Shown one piece after another: positions 17,349 through 27,695 of a DNA stretch of 64,000 nt. Both the position numbers and the translations under genes were made by a program. Under the pieces are notes generated by a model. It was given only the letters and a program-made list of their open reading frames with translations. It was not told the DNA's origin and ran no database searches. Where the stretch lies: positions 62,001 to 126,000 of the forward strand of contig JANNQV010000027.1 of NCBI GenBank assembly GCA_031400935.1. Direction: 5' to 3'. Every line of letters starts with the position of its first letter. The first letter of the stretch is position 1. Source of the DNA: Armatimonadota bacterium (lineage in GTDB: Bacteria > Armatimonadota > Fimbriimonadia > Fimbriimonadales > Fimbriimonadaceae).

Positions 17349-19784
17349 TTGATGGCTCAAAAATGTCTCTTGCGTATTCTCGCTGTGTTTCTTGGTATAG
17401 CTGCAATTGCGATTTGTGCTGCTCAAACAAAGCGTCCAGTCGTCGTCTGGGGTTTGAACTTTGGCCCAGATTCAAAGGGCGAACAAGCTGTTGTTCGCGA
17501 ATTTGAGCGCCGAAACCCAGACATTGACATTCGAGTGCTCAGTATGGGTGGGCGAATGGACCCTCAGAAGCTGATGACGAGCATTGTGGGAGATGTCGCA
17601 CCTGACGCCGTTTCGCAAGACCGGTTCACTATTTCTGATTGGGCTAGCCGTGGGACATTTCGAGCCCTCGACGACCTGATTGAACGAGACAAAGCCGATT
17701 CGCTTACCCCCAAAAAGGAAGATTATTACGAGGCGACCTGGCAGGAAGCTTGCTATGGAGGAAGAGTTTACGCAATCCCAACTAGTGCCGACAATCGAAT
17801 TCTGTATTGGAATCGAGGCATATTTCGGCAAAAAGCAGCAGAACTGAGGAAAGCCGGTCTCGACCCCGAACGAGCGCCCCGAACTTGGACAGAGCTTCTT
17901 GCTTATTCAAAAACCTTGACGGAATTCAACTCGAACGGATCGCTGAAACGCGCCGGTTTCATGCCAAATTTTGGCAATTCGTGGCTCTATCTATACGCTT
18001 TTCAAATGAACGCTTCATTCATGTCCCCTGATGGCAGGAAGTGCACGTTGGCAACTCCAGAAGCGGCGGAAGCCCTCAATTTCATGGTCAAAGGTTATGA
18101 CCAATTGGGAGGATACGAAAAGGCAAAGAGCTTTGAATCAGGCTTTTTAGGAAAGGAAAACGATGCGTTCATCGTTGGCAAAGTCGCAATGAAAATTGAC
18201 GGCGACTGGATTCTTGCCGATCTTGCCCGATACGGGCCCTCCATGGATCTTGCGACAGCACCACCCCCGGTTCCGGATGACCGATACAACAGAGTTGGCA
18301 GGTTCAAAGACGAAAAGGACACTTTCGTGACTTGGTTTGGCGGATTTTCCTATGCCATTCCTAAGGGAGCGCGGAACGTTCAGGACGCGTGGAAGTACAT
18401 CAAATTTGCCACAAGCACAGAGGGAAGGCTCATTGACGCAAGGGCACAGCGCGATTGGGAACGGATTCGGGGACGGATATTCATCCCAAGACAAGTGGGG
18501 AATCGAGTTGCAAACGAACTGCTTGCAAAAGAGCTTCGCCCCGCCGACCCGAAGTTTGCAGCAGCCGTTGACATGCACAAACGCATGGCGAAGTTCGGAA
18601 GACTTCGGCCTCCAACATTTGCAGGGCAAACGCTGTGGTCTGAACAAACTCGAGCGATGGAAGCAGCGCTTTATCATAAGTCACCTCCAGAAGCTGCCCT
18701 CGCTGAAAGTCAGAAGGTTGTACAGAGGGAGCTTGATGCATTTTTTGAGAAGGAAAAGCACCCGATTGTTGACCTTAGCAAACTGCCTTTGGCGTTTGTT
18801 GGAATTCTCTGTGCGTCCATTGTCGGATGGTATTTCTGGTTCAAACGGCAACAGCTTGGAACCCTGGCAAAAAAGGAAGCCAAGTGGGCTTATCTGTTCG
18901 TTTCGCCCTGGGTGATCGGCTTTTGCGCGCTCACTCTAGGACCGATGCTCGTTTCGCTCTTCTTCGCATTTACACAATACGACGTGTTGAACGAAGCTAG
19001 GTGGCTCGGCACGCAAAATTTTAGCGACATGGTTGGAGCGGACCGTCCCAATTTTCTCAAATCGCTTACGAATGCCGCCTATTTAGCTTGCTTAGGAGTT
19101 CCCCTTTCCATTGCCACAGGACTTGGCGTTGCGCTATTGCTAAATGCCGCGGCAAAGGGGATGCGCTTCTACCGAACTATTTTTTACATGCCTGCCATCG
19201 TGCCGGGCATTGCAAACGCAATTTTGTGGACATGGGTCTTGACGCCGGACTCGAACAAGGGACTTGTCAACGCATATTGGGTTCATACTTTCGGAGCCTG
19301 GTTTAGCACGGAAGCGCCTGGTTGGCTTCAATCTGCGAATTGGTCCAAAGACGCTCTTGTTGTGATGGGAATGTGGGGCGCGGGAAGCGGAATGATTCTC
19401 TGGCTTGCCGGATTGAAGGGAGTTTCGCCTAGTCTCTATGAAGCGGCGGGAATTGACGGAGCAACAAAACGACAGCAGTTTTGGTCAATCACTTTTCCAC
19501 AATTGACACCGATAATCTTTTTCAACACCATCATGGGCGTGATCGGCTCAGTGCAAGAGTTCGATCGAATGTACATTATGAAACCGTCTGGCGAAGGGCC
19601 GGTTGGTCCCGATGACTCGTTGCTTACGCCTGTTTTCCTTTTGTTCAAAAACGCGTTTGCCTTTTTCAAAATGGGCTACGCATCCGCCCTCGCATGGGTG
19701 CTTTTTGCTATTATCTTGCTACTGACTTACCTCCAATTCAAAGCCGCGCCAAAGTGGGTGCAATATGAAACGGAGGACAAATGA
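17349..19784 (+). CDS. Carbohydrate ABC transporter: solute-binding protein fused to MalF-like permease
   Basis: N-terminal SBP family 1 (YAIP...LYWNR.IF...P.TW.EL). C-terminal AYLFVSPW, YRTIFYMP, LYEAAGIDGA EAA motif, MGYASALAW. Confidence 0.9.
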   Translation: MMAQKCLLRILAVFLGIAAIAICAAQTKRPVVVWGLNFGPDSKGEQAVVREFERRNPDIDIRVLSMGGRMDPQKLMTSIVGDVAPDAVSQDRFTISDWASRGTFRALDDLIERDKADSLTPKKEDYYEATWQEACYGGRVYAIPTSADNRILYWNRGIFRQKAAELRKAGLDPERAPRTWTELLAYSKTLTEFNSNGSLKRAGFMPNFGNSWLYLYAFQMNASFMSPDGRKCTLATPEAAEALNFMVKGYDQLGGYEKAKSFESGFLGKENDAFIVGKVAMKIDGDWILADLARYGPSMDLATAPPPVPDDRYNRVGRFKDEKDTFVTWFGGFSYAIPKGARNVQDAWKYIKFATSTEGRLIDARAQRDWERIRGRIFIPRQVGNRVANELLAKELRPADPKFAAAVDMHKRMAKFGRLRPPTFAGQTLWSEQTRAMEAALYHKSPPEAALAESQKVVQRELDAFFEKEKHPIVDLSKLPLAFVGILCASIVGWYFWFKRQQLGTLAKKEAKWAYLFVSPWVIGFCALTLGPMLVSLFFAFTQYDVLNEARWLGTQNFSDMVGADRPNFLKSLTNAAYLACLGVPLSIATGLGVALLLNAAAKGMRFYRTIFYMPAIVPGIANAILWTWVLTPDSNKGLVNAYWVHTFGAWFSTEAPGWLQSANWSKDALVVMGMWGAGSGMILWLAGLKGVSPSLYEAAGIDGATKRQQFWSITFPQLTPIIFFNTIMGVIGSVQEFDRMYIMKPSGEGPVGPDDSLLTPVFLLFKNAFAFFKMGYASALAWVLFAIILLLTYLQFKAAPKWVQYETEDK

Positions 19785-21523
19785 ACGCAGGAATTCTCTA
19801 TTTGGTTGGTTCAATCGGCTGGTGGATCGGGCTTGTCGCGCTACTTTCCGGAATTTATGGCCTTGCGGTTTCGATTTGGTTCCGTTCTCCAGACGCTCCA
19901 GTTTCGAGTTCGCCGATTCAATCTTTTGTGCGAATTGCGATGGGTGCCGCCTTTATTGTTAGCGGATATTTTCTAACCGCCCCTGCAGATTCTTCTCAAA
20001 CAATTCGGCTTCCTTTGGCTTGGCCAGTCATGCCTATTTGGTGCTGGGCGATTGCCGGAATTGCGTTCGTCGCGATTCAGCGACTCGGTCAGGCGGCAAC
20101 TGCCCTCAATCCCGGCGAAAGAGCAGCAAAGTTGAAGACTGCACTTACTTGGGCTTTAGTCGGTACGGCTGTATGGGCATTAGGAAACGAGATTGCGACT
20201 TCTGGCTTTGAAGTGATGAAAGGCGGGATTGAAACCCCGATTTCTCGAGTTGCAATGCTCTTTGGGCTAGCTGTGTTGGCGATGATTGCGATGGCGGCAA
20301 TCTCTCGAAGCTCGGTGGCCGCAGGAAGGGCAAGAGGCGTCGCAACTCAAATTGCCTTGATTTCTGGATCCGTTCTGTTCGGGCTTCCATTTTTGTTTCT
20401 TATCATTACGAGCTTCAAAGAGGACCGGGACATGTCATCTGCAAATGGCATTGTGTGGGTTCCGAAAGTCCAGCAAAAAGTGGACTATTTAGACCCTTTG
20501 AATCCTCTCTTTGAAGCGAGATTTGAAGGCAAAATGGTCGAAGGGACCATTATAGAGAAACTTCCTGACGGCACGGTAAGAATTGATATTGCAAAACCGC
20601 TTTCCATCAGGGGCACAACGATCGTAGTTCCCCAAAACCAGGCTAAGGAAATTCCTCGAACAATCCCCCTCGTAACTGCCCAAACTGATGGCAAAAATGC
20701 AACGGGAAAGATCGTCGAGAATTTTGAAGACGGTCGGCAAAGAGTTGAGTTTATCTCGCCTCCTGAATTTGCTGGAAAGTCCCAAATATTCACACCAACA
20801 GAACTTGGATCAATCCGAAATGTCGGCCTTCGTTGGGAGAACTATAGCGAAGCGTTGAGCTTTATGCCTCCCGAAACACTTTTCGGGCTTGTATATCTAA
20901 AGAATTCGCTTTTGCTGGTTCTCTTGAGCGTTTTAGGGACGGTCTTGAGTTCTGCGCTGGTTGCGTATGCGTTTAGCCGACTCCAGTTTCCAGGCCGGGA
21001 ATTCTTGTTTGGAATTCTTTTGTCTACTTTGATGCTCCCAGCCGCAGTGACTCTTTTGCCTCAGTTCCTCATTTTCAAACAGCTTGGATGGGTGGACACT
21101 TTGATGCCGCTTTGGGTGCCCGCATTTTTCGGATCGGCGTTCAACATTTTCTTGCTGAGACAGTTCTTCAAGGGAATTCCGATGGAACTCGAGGACGCCT
21201 CGAAAATTGACGGTTGTTCCTATTTACGAACGTTTTGGTCGGTTTTGATGCCTCAAATCAAGCCAGCGCTTACAGTTGTTGCGATTTGGACAGCGTTGGG
21301 CGCCTGGAACAACTTTATGGGGCCGCTCATCTACATCAATTCGCCTGAAAATATGCCGCTCAGCTATGCGCTTCAACTTTTCCAAGGCGACCGCGGTTTA
21401 AGCGAGCCAGGGCTTCTCATGGCGTTCGCAACGATGACGATGATTCCCGTTCTCGCCCTGTTTTTCTTTGCTCAAAAGTACTTTATCGAAGGCGTTACTC
21501 TCAGCGGCTTAGGAGGCCGTTAG
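19781..21523 (+). CDS. Carbohydrate ABC permease (MalG-like) with extra N-terminal helices and periplasmic insert
   Basis: AYAFSRLQFPGR, LEDASKIDGCS EAA motif, WNNFMGPLIY, QKYFIEG. Confidence 0.9.
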   Translation: MNAGILYLVGSIGWWIGLVALLSGIYGLAVSIWFRSPDAPVSSSPIQSFVRIAMGAAFIVSGYFLTAPADSSQTIRLPLAWPVMPIWCWAIAGIAFVAIQRLGQAATALNPGERAAKLKTALTWALVGTAVWALGNEIATSGFEVMKGGIETPISRVAMLFGLAVLAMIAMAAISRSSVAAGRARGVATQIALISGSVLFGLPFLFLIITSFKEDRDMSSANGIVWVPKVQQKVDYLDPLNPLFEARFEGKMVEGTIIEKLPDGTVRIDIAKPLSIRGTTIVVPQNQAKEIPRTIPLVTAQTDGKNATGKIVENFEDGRQRVEFISPPEFAGKSQIFTPTELGSIRNVGLRWENYSEALSFMPPETLFGLVYLKNSLLLVLLSVLGTVLSSALVAYAFSRLQFPGREFLFGILLSTLMLPAAVTLLPQFLIFKQLGWVDTLMPLWVPAFFGSAFNIFLLRQFFKGIPMELEDASKIDGCSYLRTFWSVLMPQIKPALTVVAIWTALGAWNNFMGPLIYINSPENMPLSYALQLFQGDRGLSEPGLLMAFATMTMIPVLALFFFAQKYFIEGVTLSGLGGR

Positions 21524-21780
21524 CTTCCCGAAATGTTTTTTACAAAATTCTCGTATTCTTCCCTCAGTAGCTTGGCGAGCGCGCATGCTAGAGTTGACTG
21601 CGCCGAACGCTCCAAATGGTCAAAAATTGGGACAAAAGGAAGGTCGAATATGCTCGCAATTTTGATTGCCTTGATTGAGACGATGAAGTTTAAGGGTTGG
21701 TGATTGAGTACGGATATTGATTACATTGTTGACAGGAGCGCTGTGCTCTCCCAAAGGCATTTCGAGCGTATACTTATAAC

Positions 21781-23064
21781 ATGGTAGACGCACCTCTACC
21801 GATAATCAATGCAGGAGCGTTACGGTATTTATTTCTTGACCTCAACGCCTATTTCGCGTCAGTGGAGCAACAAGAAAAACCCGAACTTCGGGGGCTCCCA
21901 ATTGCTGTTGTCCCTGTTGATACCGAAACAAGCTTTGTCATCGCCGCAAGCTATGAAGCTAAGGCATTTGGAATCAAAACGGGCACCCGAATCGCAGAAG
22001 CTAAGCGAATGTGCCCCAATCTGATTTGCCTGAAAGGAACACCGCACCTGTACACGCATTACCATGACAAAGTCGTTGCCGCTGTGACGACCGTCTTGCC
22101 AGTCGAAAGAGTGTGCAGCATTGATGAAATGTTCTGCCGCCTTTTAGGTGAAGAAAGGGCACCGGCAAGAGCAAGAGAATTGGCATTAGAAGTGAAGCAA
22201 GCATTGAGAAAAGATGTGGGCGAGTACATGAAAGCCAGCATTGGAATCGCTCCGAACATCTTCCTGGCCAAAGTCGCCACCGATATGCAAAAGCCAGATG
22301 GACTCGTGATCTTGCAAGAAGACGATTTGCCACATGCCCTATATCCCCTTGATTTGACCGAACTCGCCGGTATCAACCGAAAAATGGAAGCACGCTTGCA
22401 AGCTGCTGGCGTTTTTACTGTAGAGCAAATGTGCAACCTCGATGTTCGCGGCATGAAGAAAGCGTGGGGATCGGTGATCGGCGAAAAGTGGTGGTACAAA
22501 CTTCGGGGAGTCGAACTCCACGACGAATACGAAACCGGGAAATCTCTAGGCCATAGCCACGTTATGCAGCCCAGTTTGCGAAACGACGATGGCGCAAAGG
22601 AAGTGCTTTTAAGGCTCCTCCAGAAGGCGACTGCCCGGCTTCGTTCCGAGGAATTGACGGCTTGCTCCATGCACCTAGAGGTCACAGGAAAGCCCGGCTG
22701 GCAAGACCATTGCCGATTCGCGCCGACTTCTGATTCAGTAACGATCACTGAGCATTTCTTGAGTATGTGGAAGTCGCGCAATTTCAAATCACCCATGAAG
22801 GCAGGGGTGACATTTGTGGGTCTAGCTACAGCGAATCAGGTTACTCCTAGCCTCTTTGATGAGGCCGTTCAGCGAGCTGAATTGGACTCAGCTATTGATG
22901 AAATCAATCAAAAATTTGGGAAGAATTCGGTCTTTATGGCAGGAATGGAGCATGCCCGGCACGCCGCCCCTGAACGAATTGCCTTCCAAAAGACCAAGCT
23001 GTTTTCAGAAGGTAAAGGCGATCATGAATGGGGGATACGTTCCGAGGGCCGAAAAAGGATGTGA
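21781..23064 (+). CDS. dinB: Y-family DNA polymerase IV
   Basis: LDLNAYFASVEQ, AASYEAKAFGIKTG, SIDE, SIGIAPN.FLAKVATD.QKPDG. Confidence 0.9.
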   Translation: MVDAPLPIINAGALRYLFLDLNAYFASVEQQEKPELRGLPIAVVPVDTETSFVIAASYEAKAFGIKTGTRIAEAKRMCPNLICLKGTPHLYTHYHDKVVAAVTTVLPVERVCSIDEMFCRLLGEERAPARARELALEVKQALRKDVGEYMKASIGIAPNIFLAKVATDMQKPDGLVILQEDDLPHALYPLDLTELAGINRKMEARLQAAGVFTVEQMCNLDVRGMKKAWGSVIGEKWWYKLRGVELHDEYETGKSLGHSHVMQPSLRNDDGAKEVLLRLLQKATARLRSEELTACSMHLEVTGKPGWQDHCRFAPTSDSVTITEHFLSMWKSRNFKSPMKAGVTFVGLATANQVTPSLFDEAVQRAELDSAIDEINQKFGKNSVFMAGMEHARHAAPERIAFQKTKLFSEGKGDHEWGIRSEGRKRM

Positions 23065-23123
23065 AGGACTAGGAGAGTGCCGCCAACCGCCAATTGCTAA
23101 CTGCTGCCTCCTAGTAGCCAAAC

Positions 23124-23153
23124 AAAAAAATGACCCCGAAGTAATCGGGGCCG
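23124..23153 (-). terminator. Intrinsic terminator downstream of mscL
   Basis: Minus strand GGCCCCGA-ttact-TCGGGGTC-ATTTTTTT. Confidence 0.7.
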
Positions 23154-23249
23154 ATTCTATTCCCTGTCGTTGGCAACCTCTTCGGACTGCTCTCCAAATC
23201 ATGAAACCAGTCCCAGATGAACTCAATGTTAAGAAAGAAGAAGTTTCGG

Positions 23250-23642
23250 CTATTTTGCTTTCAATATGTCACGAATCTCCTCTAAAAGCAGTTCGCTCTT
23301 GGATACTGGAACAGCCTCTAGTGGTGCGGCCTCTTCGGCTCGCTTCATTTTGTTTATGGCTTTCACGACAATAAACAATACAAACGCAACAATTACGAAA
23401 TTCACGAAAACATTGATGAAATTTCCGTAATTGAGCATGACGTCTTTGCTATCTTTACCCACGCCAAGGGAAAACGCCATCTTTGAAAAGTCCAGTCCGC
23501 CTGTCACTTTGCCGATGGGTGGCATGAAGATGTCATTCACCAACGAGTCAACAATCTTGGAAAACGAAGCACCGATGACAACGCCAATAGCCAAATCGAG
23601 CATATTGCCCTTCATCGCAAATTCTCTAAATTCTTTGAGCAC
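23250..23642 (-). CDS. mscL: Large-conductance mechanosensitive channel
   Basis: EFREFAMKGNMLDLAIGVVIG, YGNFIN, LLEEIRDIL; GTG start preceded by AGGAGG. Confidence 0.96.
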   Translation of the reverse strand: MLKEFREFAMKGNMLDLAIGVVIGASFSKIVDSLVNDIFMPPIGKVTGGLDFSKMAFSLGVGKDSKDVMLNYGNFINVFVNFVIVAFVLFIVVKAINKMKRAEEAAPLEAVPVSKSELLLEEIRDILKAK

Positions 23643-23818
23643 GAAATTCCTCCTTCCAGTCAAGTTTTCCAAAGGTTGCAAGGACTTGACTCTTGAATGA
23701 CGGATTCAAGCTGAAAAATGAAACGAAATCTTGAGAATTACTAAGATTGCTAGGTTTTTGGCTCCTACTAACTTCCAAACTGAGGAATGCCAATCCGATT
23801 TCCGATGATACACGTAGG

Positions 23819-24370
23819 ATGAGCAAATCTGCGTATCTAAGAATTGGGGAGCTTTTGGTTTCTGAGGGGTTGTTAACTCCAGAACAGCTAGAAGAAGCCC
23901 TATCATGGCGATCTCGAACCAAATCCAGGTTCGGGGAAGTCCTCACTGAATTGGGGTTTGTTCGAGAGGAAAACGTCATTGCCGCCTTGGCTAAGCAATT
24001 CGACCAACCGATGATTGATCTTTCTGAGTTCAACGCAAAGTTTGAAGCCGTCGAACTCGTTCCGCAACAATTTGCCATTGAACGTGTTTGCCTTCCGCTT
24101 TGGACCGACGAAATGGGACTGCATGTTGCGATTTCAGACCCGCTCGACATTCCCACTATTGACGAACTGTCGTCTATGTCAAAACTTCGAGTGAACGTTC
24201 ATTTGGCAACTCCAACAGATATAAAGAGAGCAATCAATCGCAGTTATTCGGCAGGCGCAAGTCGGGCTCCGAAGGCACGTCATACACGACGCCAGAAGGA
24301 CCGCGATCAGCTACTTGAACTATTGGCAACAGTTGAGCCATATCAACCTGAAGTAAGGAAGGCAGCATGA
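23819..24370 (+). CDS. Stand-alone MshEN / GspE N-terminal domain protein (no ATPase)
   Basis: Tandem RIGELLVSEGLLTPEQLEEAL and RFGEVLTELGFV..ENVIAAL..Q motifs; VAISDPLD; no Walker A. Confidence 0.8.
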   Translation: MSKSAYLRIGELLVSEGLLTPEQLEEALSWRSRTKSRFGEVLTELGFVREENVIAALAKQFDQPMIDLSEFNAKFEAVELVPQQFAIERVCLPLWTDEMGLHVAISDPLDIPTIDELSSMSKLRVNVHLATPTDIKRAINRSYSAGASRAPKARHTRRQKDRDQLLELLATVEPYQPEVRKAA

Positions 24371-25158
24371 GAACGATCGCAATTACTGGTGGGAAAGGTG
24401 GAGTCGGCAAAACGAGCATTGCCTCGGGTTTAGGGATTGCATTGTCGCAAGCTGGAAAACGAACCGTTCTATTTGACGCTGACCTTGCCCTAGCGAATCT
24501 AGACGTTGTTCTTGGTTTTCGAAGCGAATTCAATCTTCAACATGTGATCAATGAAGAAAAGACGTTGATGGAGATTCTGCACCATGGCCCTGGCGGAGTT
24601 TGGATCGCGACGGGAACATCAGGTGTCGGAAGCATCGCAAGCGCCGGTCCCAAAAAGCTTAAGAAATTTTTTACGCAAGTATTTGCAATTGAAGCTGATA
24701 CGGACTATCTGATCTTTGATACCGGTTCTGGCATTGATCGCCGCATCATGGCTTTTCTGAAGGCTTCCGATGACGTCGTGGTGGTAATAACTCCGGACGC
24801 AGCAAGCCTTACCGATGGCTACGCAACTATAAAGTCAGCATTGCGTGGAAAAAAGTCAGCCAACATCCATGTTATTGTGAATATGGTGGACAGCGATGTC
24901 GAGGCATATAAGACGTTCAGCGCGCTCTCAACCATCGTAAAGAAGTTCTTGAAGTCAGATATCGCCTATCTTGGTGCAATTTTCAGCGATCCAATTGCTG
25001 CGAAGTGCATCCGCACTCGGAAGCCGTTTGTAATTGCAGAGCCAAGTTGCGTTGCTTCGAAGAATATCAAGAGTTTGGCCAAGAAGATTTTATCTTGGGA
25101 ACCAAACGAAGGAAGAAGCTTCTCGGAACGAATTGCGGCGCTTTACGACGTGGCGTAA
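24367..25158 (+). CDS. FlhG/FleN-like MinD/ParA ATPase
   Basis: IAITGGKGGVGKT, FDADLALANLDVVLG, IFDTGSGI, TPDAASLTDGYATIK, IVNMV. Confidence 0.85.
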   Translation: MRTIAITGGKGGVGKTSIASGLGIALSQAGKRTVLFDADLALANLDVVLGFRSEFNLQHVINEEKTLMEILHHGPGGVWIATGTSGVGSIASAGPKKLKKFFTQVFAIEADTDYLIFDTGSGIDRRIMAFLKASDDVVVVITPDAASLTDGYATIKSALRGKKSANIHVIVNMVDSDVEAYKTFSALSTIVKKFLKSDIAYLGAIFSDPIAAKCIRTRKPFVIAEPSCVASKNIKSLAKKILSWEPNEGRSFSERIAALYDVA

Positions 25159-25232
25159 CTTTTCATCTTTGAAAGAGGGTTCTTTGGGTCGTTCAGATAT
25201 TAGTTGCGGCATTGCTGTATTCTTGACCTGAG

Positions 25233-27320
25233 ATGCAGTTTTTGAATCGTTTTGTCCTGTCAACTTCTCTGTTTGTTGCACCAATTCTTGCTTTTGGGCA
25301 AGCCGCCGATGGTCTCTTCACAAGAGCCGGTCGCCCCTTTTTGGCTCCCCCAAACGATCTTTGGCAACAAATTCAGAAGGCTGTCGGAAGGGAAGGAAAG
25401 CCGCTGGGCTATTCCTTTGAGGAAATGCTCGGATATCCCACGTTCGAATTCCGACTCCGAACCGTTGAAAACCTGTTTCGCGACATCTTGGCGCCATCGG
25501 AATACGGCGGGCTGATGGGAAACAACTTGCTTGCCTATGCAAACGAGCCAGCGCAGCTTTGCTACATGCTGTGGAGCCAGTTAGAGGCGAGGGCTGGAAG
25601 GGAATGGGCTGTTCCGAAAGACAAGGGCGATTGGGGCGTGCCGGGGATTCCTAAAGGGGCGACTCCGCAAGCGGCAGTTGACAGGCTAGTTGGAACTCCT
25701 GATGGCAAGGGGCCGAGACTTTTGCTTGCTGGTCTAGATGAACGCTCGCAGCGATTGGTTGCCAGGATTATTGTGGCAGCCAAAATCGCGAACCCATATC
25801 TTCAAGCCGCGGATGGCTCCGACTGGTTTGAGCCCTCCACGTTTTCTAATGGGGAATGGCAAGTTCAGGTTCCTCGAAAGTTAATCTATGATCGTCTCGT
25901 TTCTCCATACCTCGGTGACGTCAACGATGACACGATCATCGTTGCAGACAGAAGAGCGTATGAGACGATGCGAAAATGGGACGCTAACTACTCGGCATTT
26001 GGCTCAGCATTGTTTTTGCGTCACTTTGATGCCGCAATTTCCGAGTACAACTCTTCGATTCCTGGCAAGATTTCTGCAAACTTCAAAACAGTTCGATTTG
26101 AGTCTCTTCAAGGGACATTCGTCATCGGAGGAAGCGGTTCGGATCAACACAAGAATGGTGAAATCGTGATTGATTTCGGTGGCAACGATGCCTATTCTGG
26201 CTTGATCGGCGCACCATCATCCAAGTTAGAAAACATCTCCATTGTCCTCGACATCGGCGGAAACGACATCTACGACGGGACCTCAATTGATGGAAACATC
26301 GGCTGCGGATTGTTTGGCCTCGGAATGGTCTACGACGCAGAAGGAAACGATACTTACAAAGTCAAGAATGGGGGGATAGGCTTCGGACTATACGGCACCG
26401 GAATCGTGATTGACCGCAAAGGCGATGACACGTATGAAGCCAAAAAGGGCTGGGCGCAAGGCGCAGCCTACGCAGGAGTTGGGCTCCTGCTAGACAATGA
26501 GGGCAACGACAAATACCGCACGACTTGTATGTCTATGGGGTTTGGTGGAACTCGTGGAATTGGCGCTTTGGTTGACGTGAGCGGCCACGATGAATATTTC
26601 ACAGCGGACATCGGAAACGACTCGAAGGCATGGGGGAAGACCGTTTCGATGACGCTCGGTTGCGGATATGGGCGGAGGTGCGACTCTGGCGACGGGCAAA
26701 ACCAAGGCGGCGGAATTGGAATCGTTGTCGAAGGTGCAGGTGACGACAAATACCACACCGGGATTTTCACTTTGGGAAGTGGATATTGGTGGGGAGCCGG
26801 AATCTTCGAGGAGCGCGGCGGCAACGACACCTACCGATGCACGCACTATTCGATGGGATCAGGAGCACATTTCGCGGTAGGAAGTTTTGTTGACTTAGCT
26901 GGCAATGACAAGTACAACGATCGCCCCGATGCGGTCGAACGATGGGCGGCGATTGGGCGCGACGGCTCGATGGCGGTATGTATTGACGCCGATGGAGATG
27001 ACATTTGGGGCAACTTGACTGGCGGGCATTCCGACCTCAACAGCTACGCTTTGTTCTGGGATCGACGGGGAAACGACGTTTATAAAAGAATGCAGCCATT
27101 TGATCCCGCTGCACTGGGAAATCGTCCCTTTGGAAGCGCGGTTTCTTATCCGCAATTTCACAATTTCAGGGACAGATTGCCGTCTGTCGGCATCTTTCTA
27201 GATACTCAAGGGGCTGACCAATATCCGCCAGGAATGACAACAGTTGAGAGTCAATCTTGGCAATTGCAAAAAGGGCCGATGTTTTGGGGCTATGGAGTGG
27301 ATGGGAATTATTTGAATTGA
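25233..27320 (+). CDS. Secreted protein with about 12 D-x2-G-[ND]-D-x-Y Gly-rich repeats
   Basis: Signal peptide; IDFGGNDAY, LDIGGNDIY, YDAEGNDTY, IDRKGDDTY, LDNEGNDKY and others. Confidence 0.75.
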   Translation: MQFLNRFVLSTSLFVAPILAFGQAADGLFTRAGRPFLAPPNDLWQQIQKAVGREGKPLGYSFEEMLGYPTFEFRLRTVENLFRDILAPSEYGGLMGNNLLAYANEPAQLCYMLWSQLEARAGREWAVPKDKGDWGVPGIPKGATPQAAVDRLVGTPDGKGPRLLLAGLDERSQRLVARIIVAAKIANPYLQAADGSDWFEPSTFSNGEWQVQVPRKLIYDRLVSPYLGDVNDDTIIVADRRAYETMRKWDANYSAFGSALFLRHFDAAISEYNSSIPGKISANFKTVRFESLQGTFVIGGSGSDQHKNGEIVIDFGGNDAYSGLIGAPSSKLENISIVLDIGGNDIYDGTSIDGNIGCGLFGLGMVYDAEGNDTYKVKNGGIGFGLYGTGIVIDRKGDDTYEAKKGWAQGAAYAGVGLLLDNEGNDKYRTTCMSMGFGGTRGIGALVDVSGHDEYFTADIGNDSKAWGKTVSMTLGCGYGRRCDSGDGQNQGGGIGIVVEGAGDDKYHTGIFTLGSGYWWGAGIFEERGGNDTYRCTHYSMGSGAHFAVGSFVDLAGNDKYNDRPDAVERWAAIGRDGSMAVCIDADGDDIWGNLTGGHSDLNSYALFWDRRGNDVYKRMQPFDPAALGNRPFGSAVSYPQFHNFRDRLPSVGIFLDTQGADQYPPGMTTVESQSWQLQKGPMFWGYGVDGNYLN

Positions 27321-27524
27321 TTCATCCAATTCGTCCATTCCAATTCCTACGGGTGATCCTAACAGATTTTGATTGGAGATTGGGTGGCATGGACAGCCAT
27401 TCTTCGGGCGCTGACGAAAATTGGAATTAAATGGGAAAAGAATGTTTGTCCATGTAAGGAAAGCTAGGAAATCACTGAAAAATCGCAGATCCCGCCGCAG
27501 GGTAATGAACGAAGTGAATCGGGA

Positions 27525-27551
27525 CTCGTTCCTCGCCAGTCTGTGGCACCC
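27525..27551. repeat. Dispersed 27-bp REP/MITE-like repeat, copy 2
   Basis: CTCGTTCCTCGCCAGTCTGTGGCACCC. Confidence 0.75.
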
Positions 27552-27695
27552 GAATTCGAATTCATGCGGAGTTAGAACCTATCCCGCCCACCCGTCGCTC
27601 AGCATATTTTGATTTTGTTTGTGACACTGATAAATATTGACAAAATTCGAATGAGGATTGCAACCTTTTTGCTAATTGTCGTTCTGTAGATCAAT

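Noticed and set aside
21700..21780. LexA/SOS box upstream of dinB
   Set aside because: No CTGT-N8-ACAG or GAAC-N4-GTTC palindrome seen; the lineage's own motif is unknown to me.
23819..25158. Type II secretion/type IV pilus or plasmid partition locus
   Set aside because: No secretion ATPase domain, PilC, ParB or parS is present.
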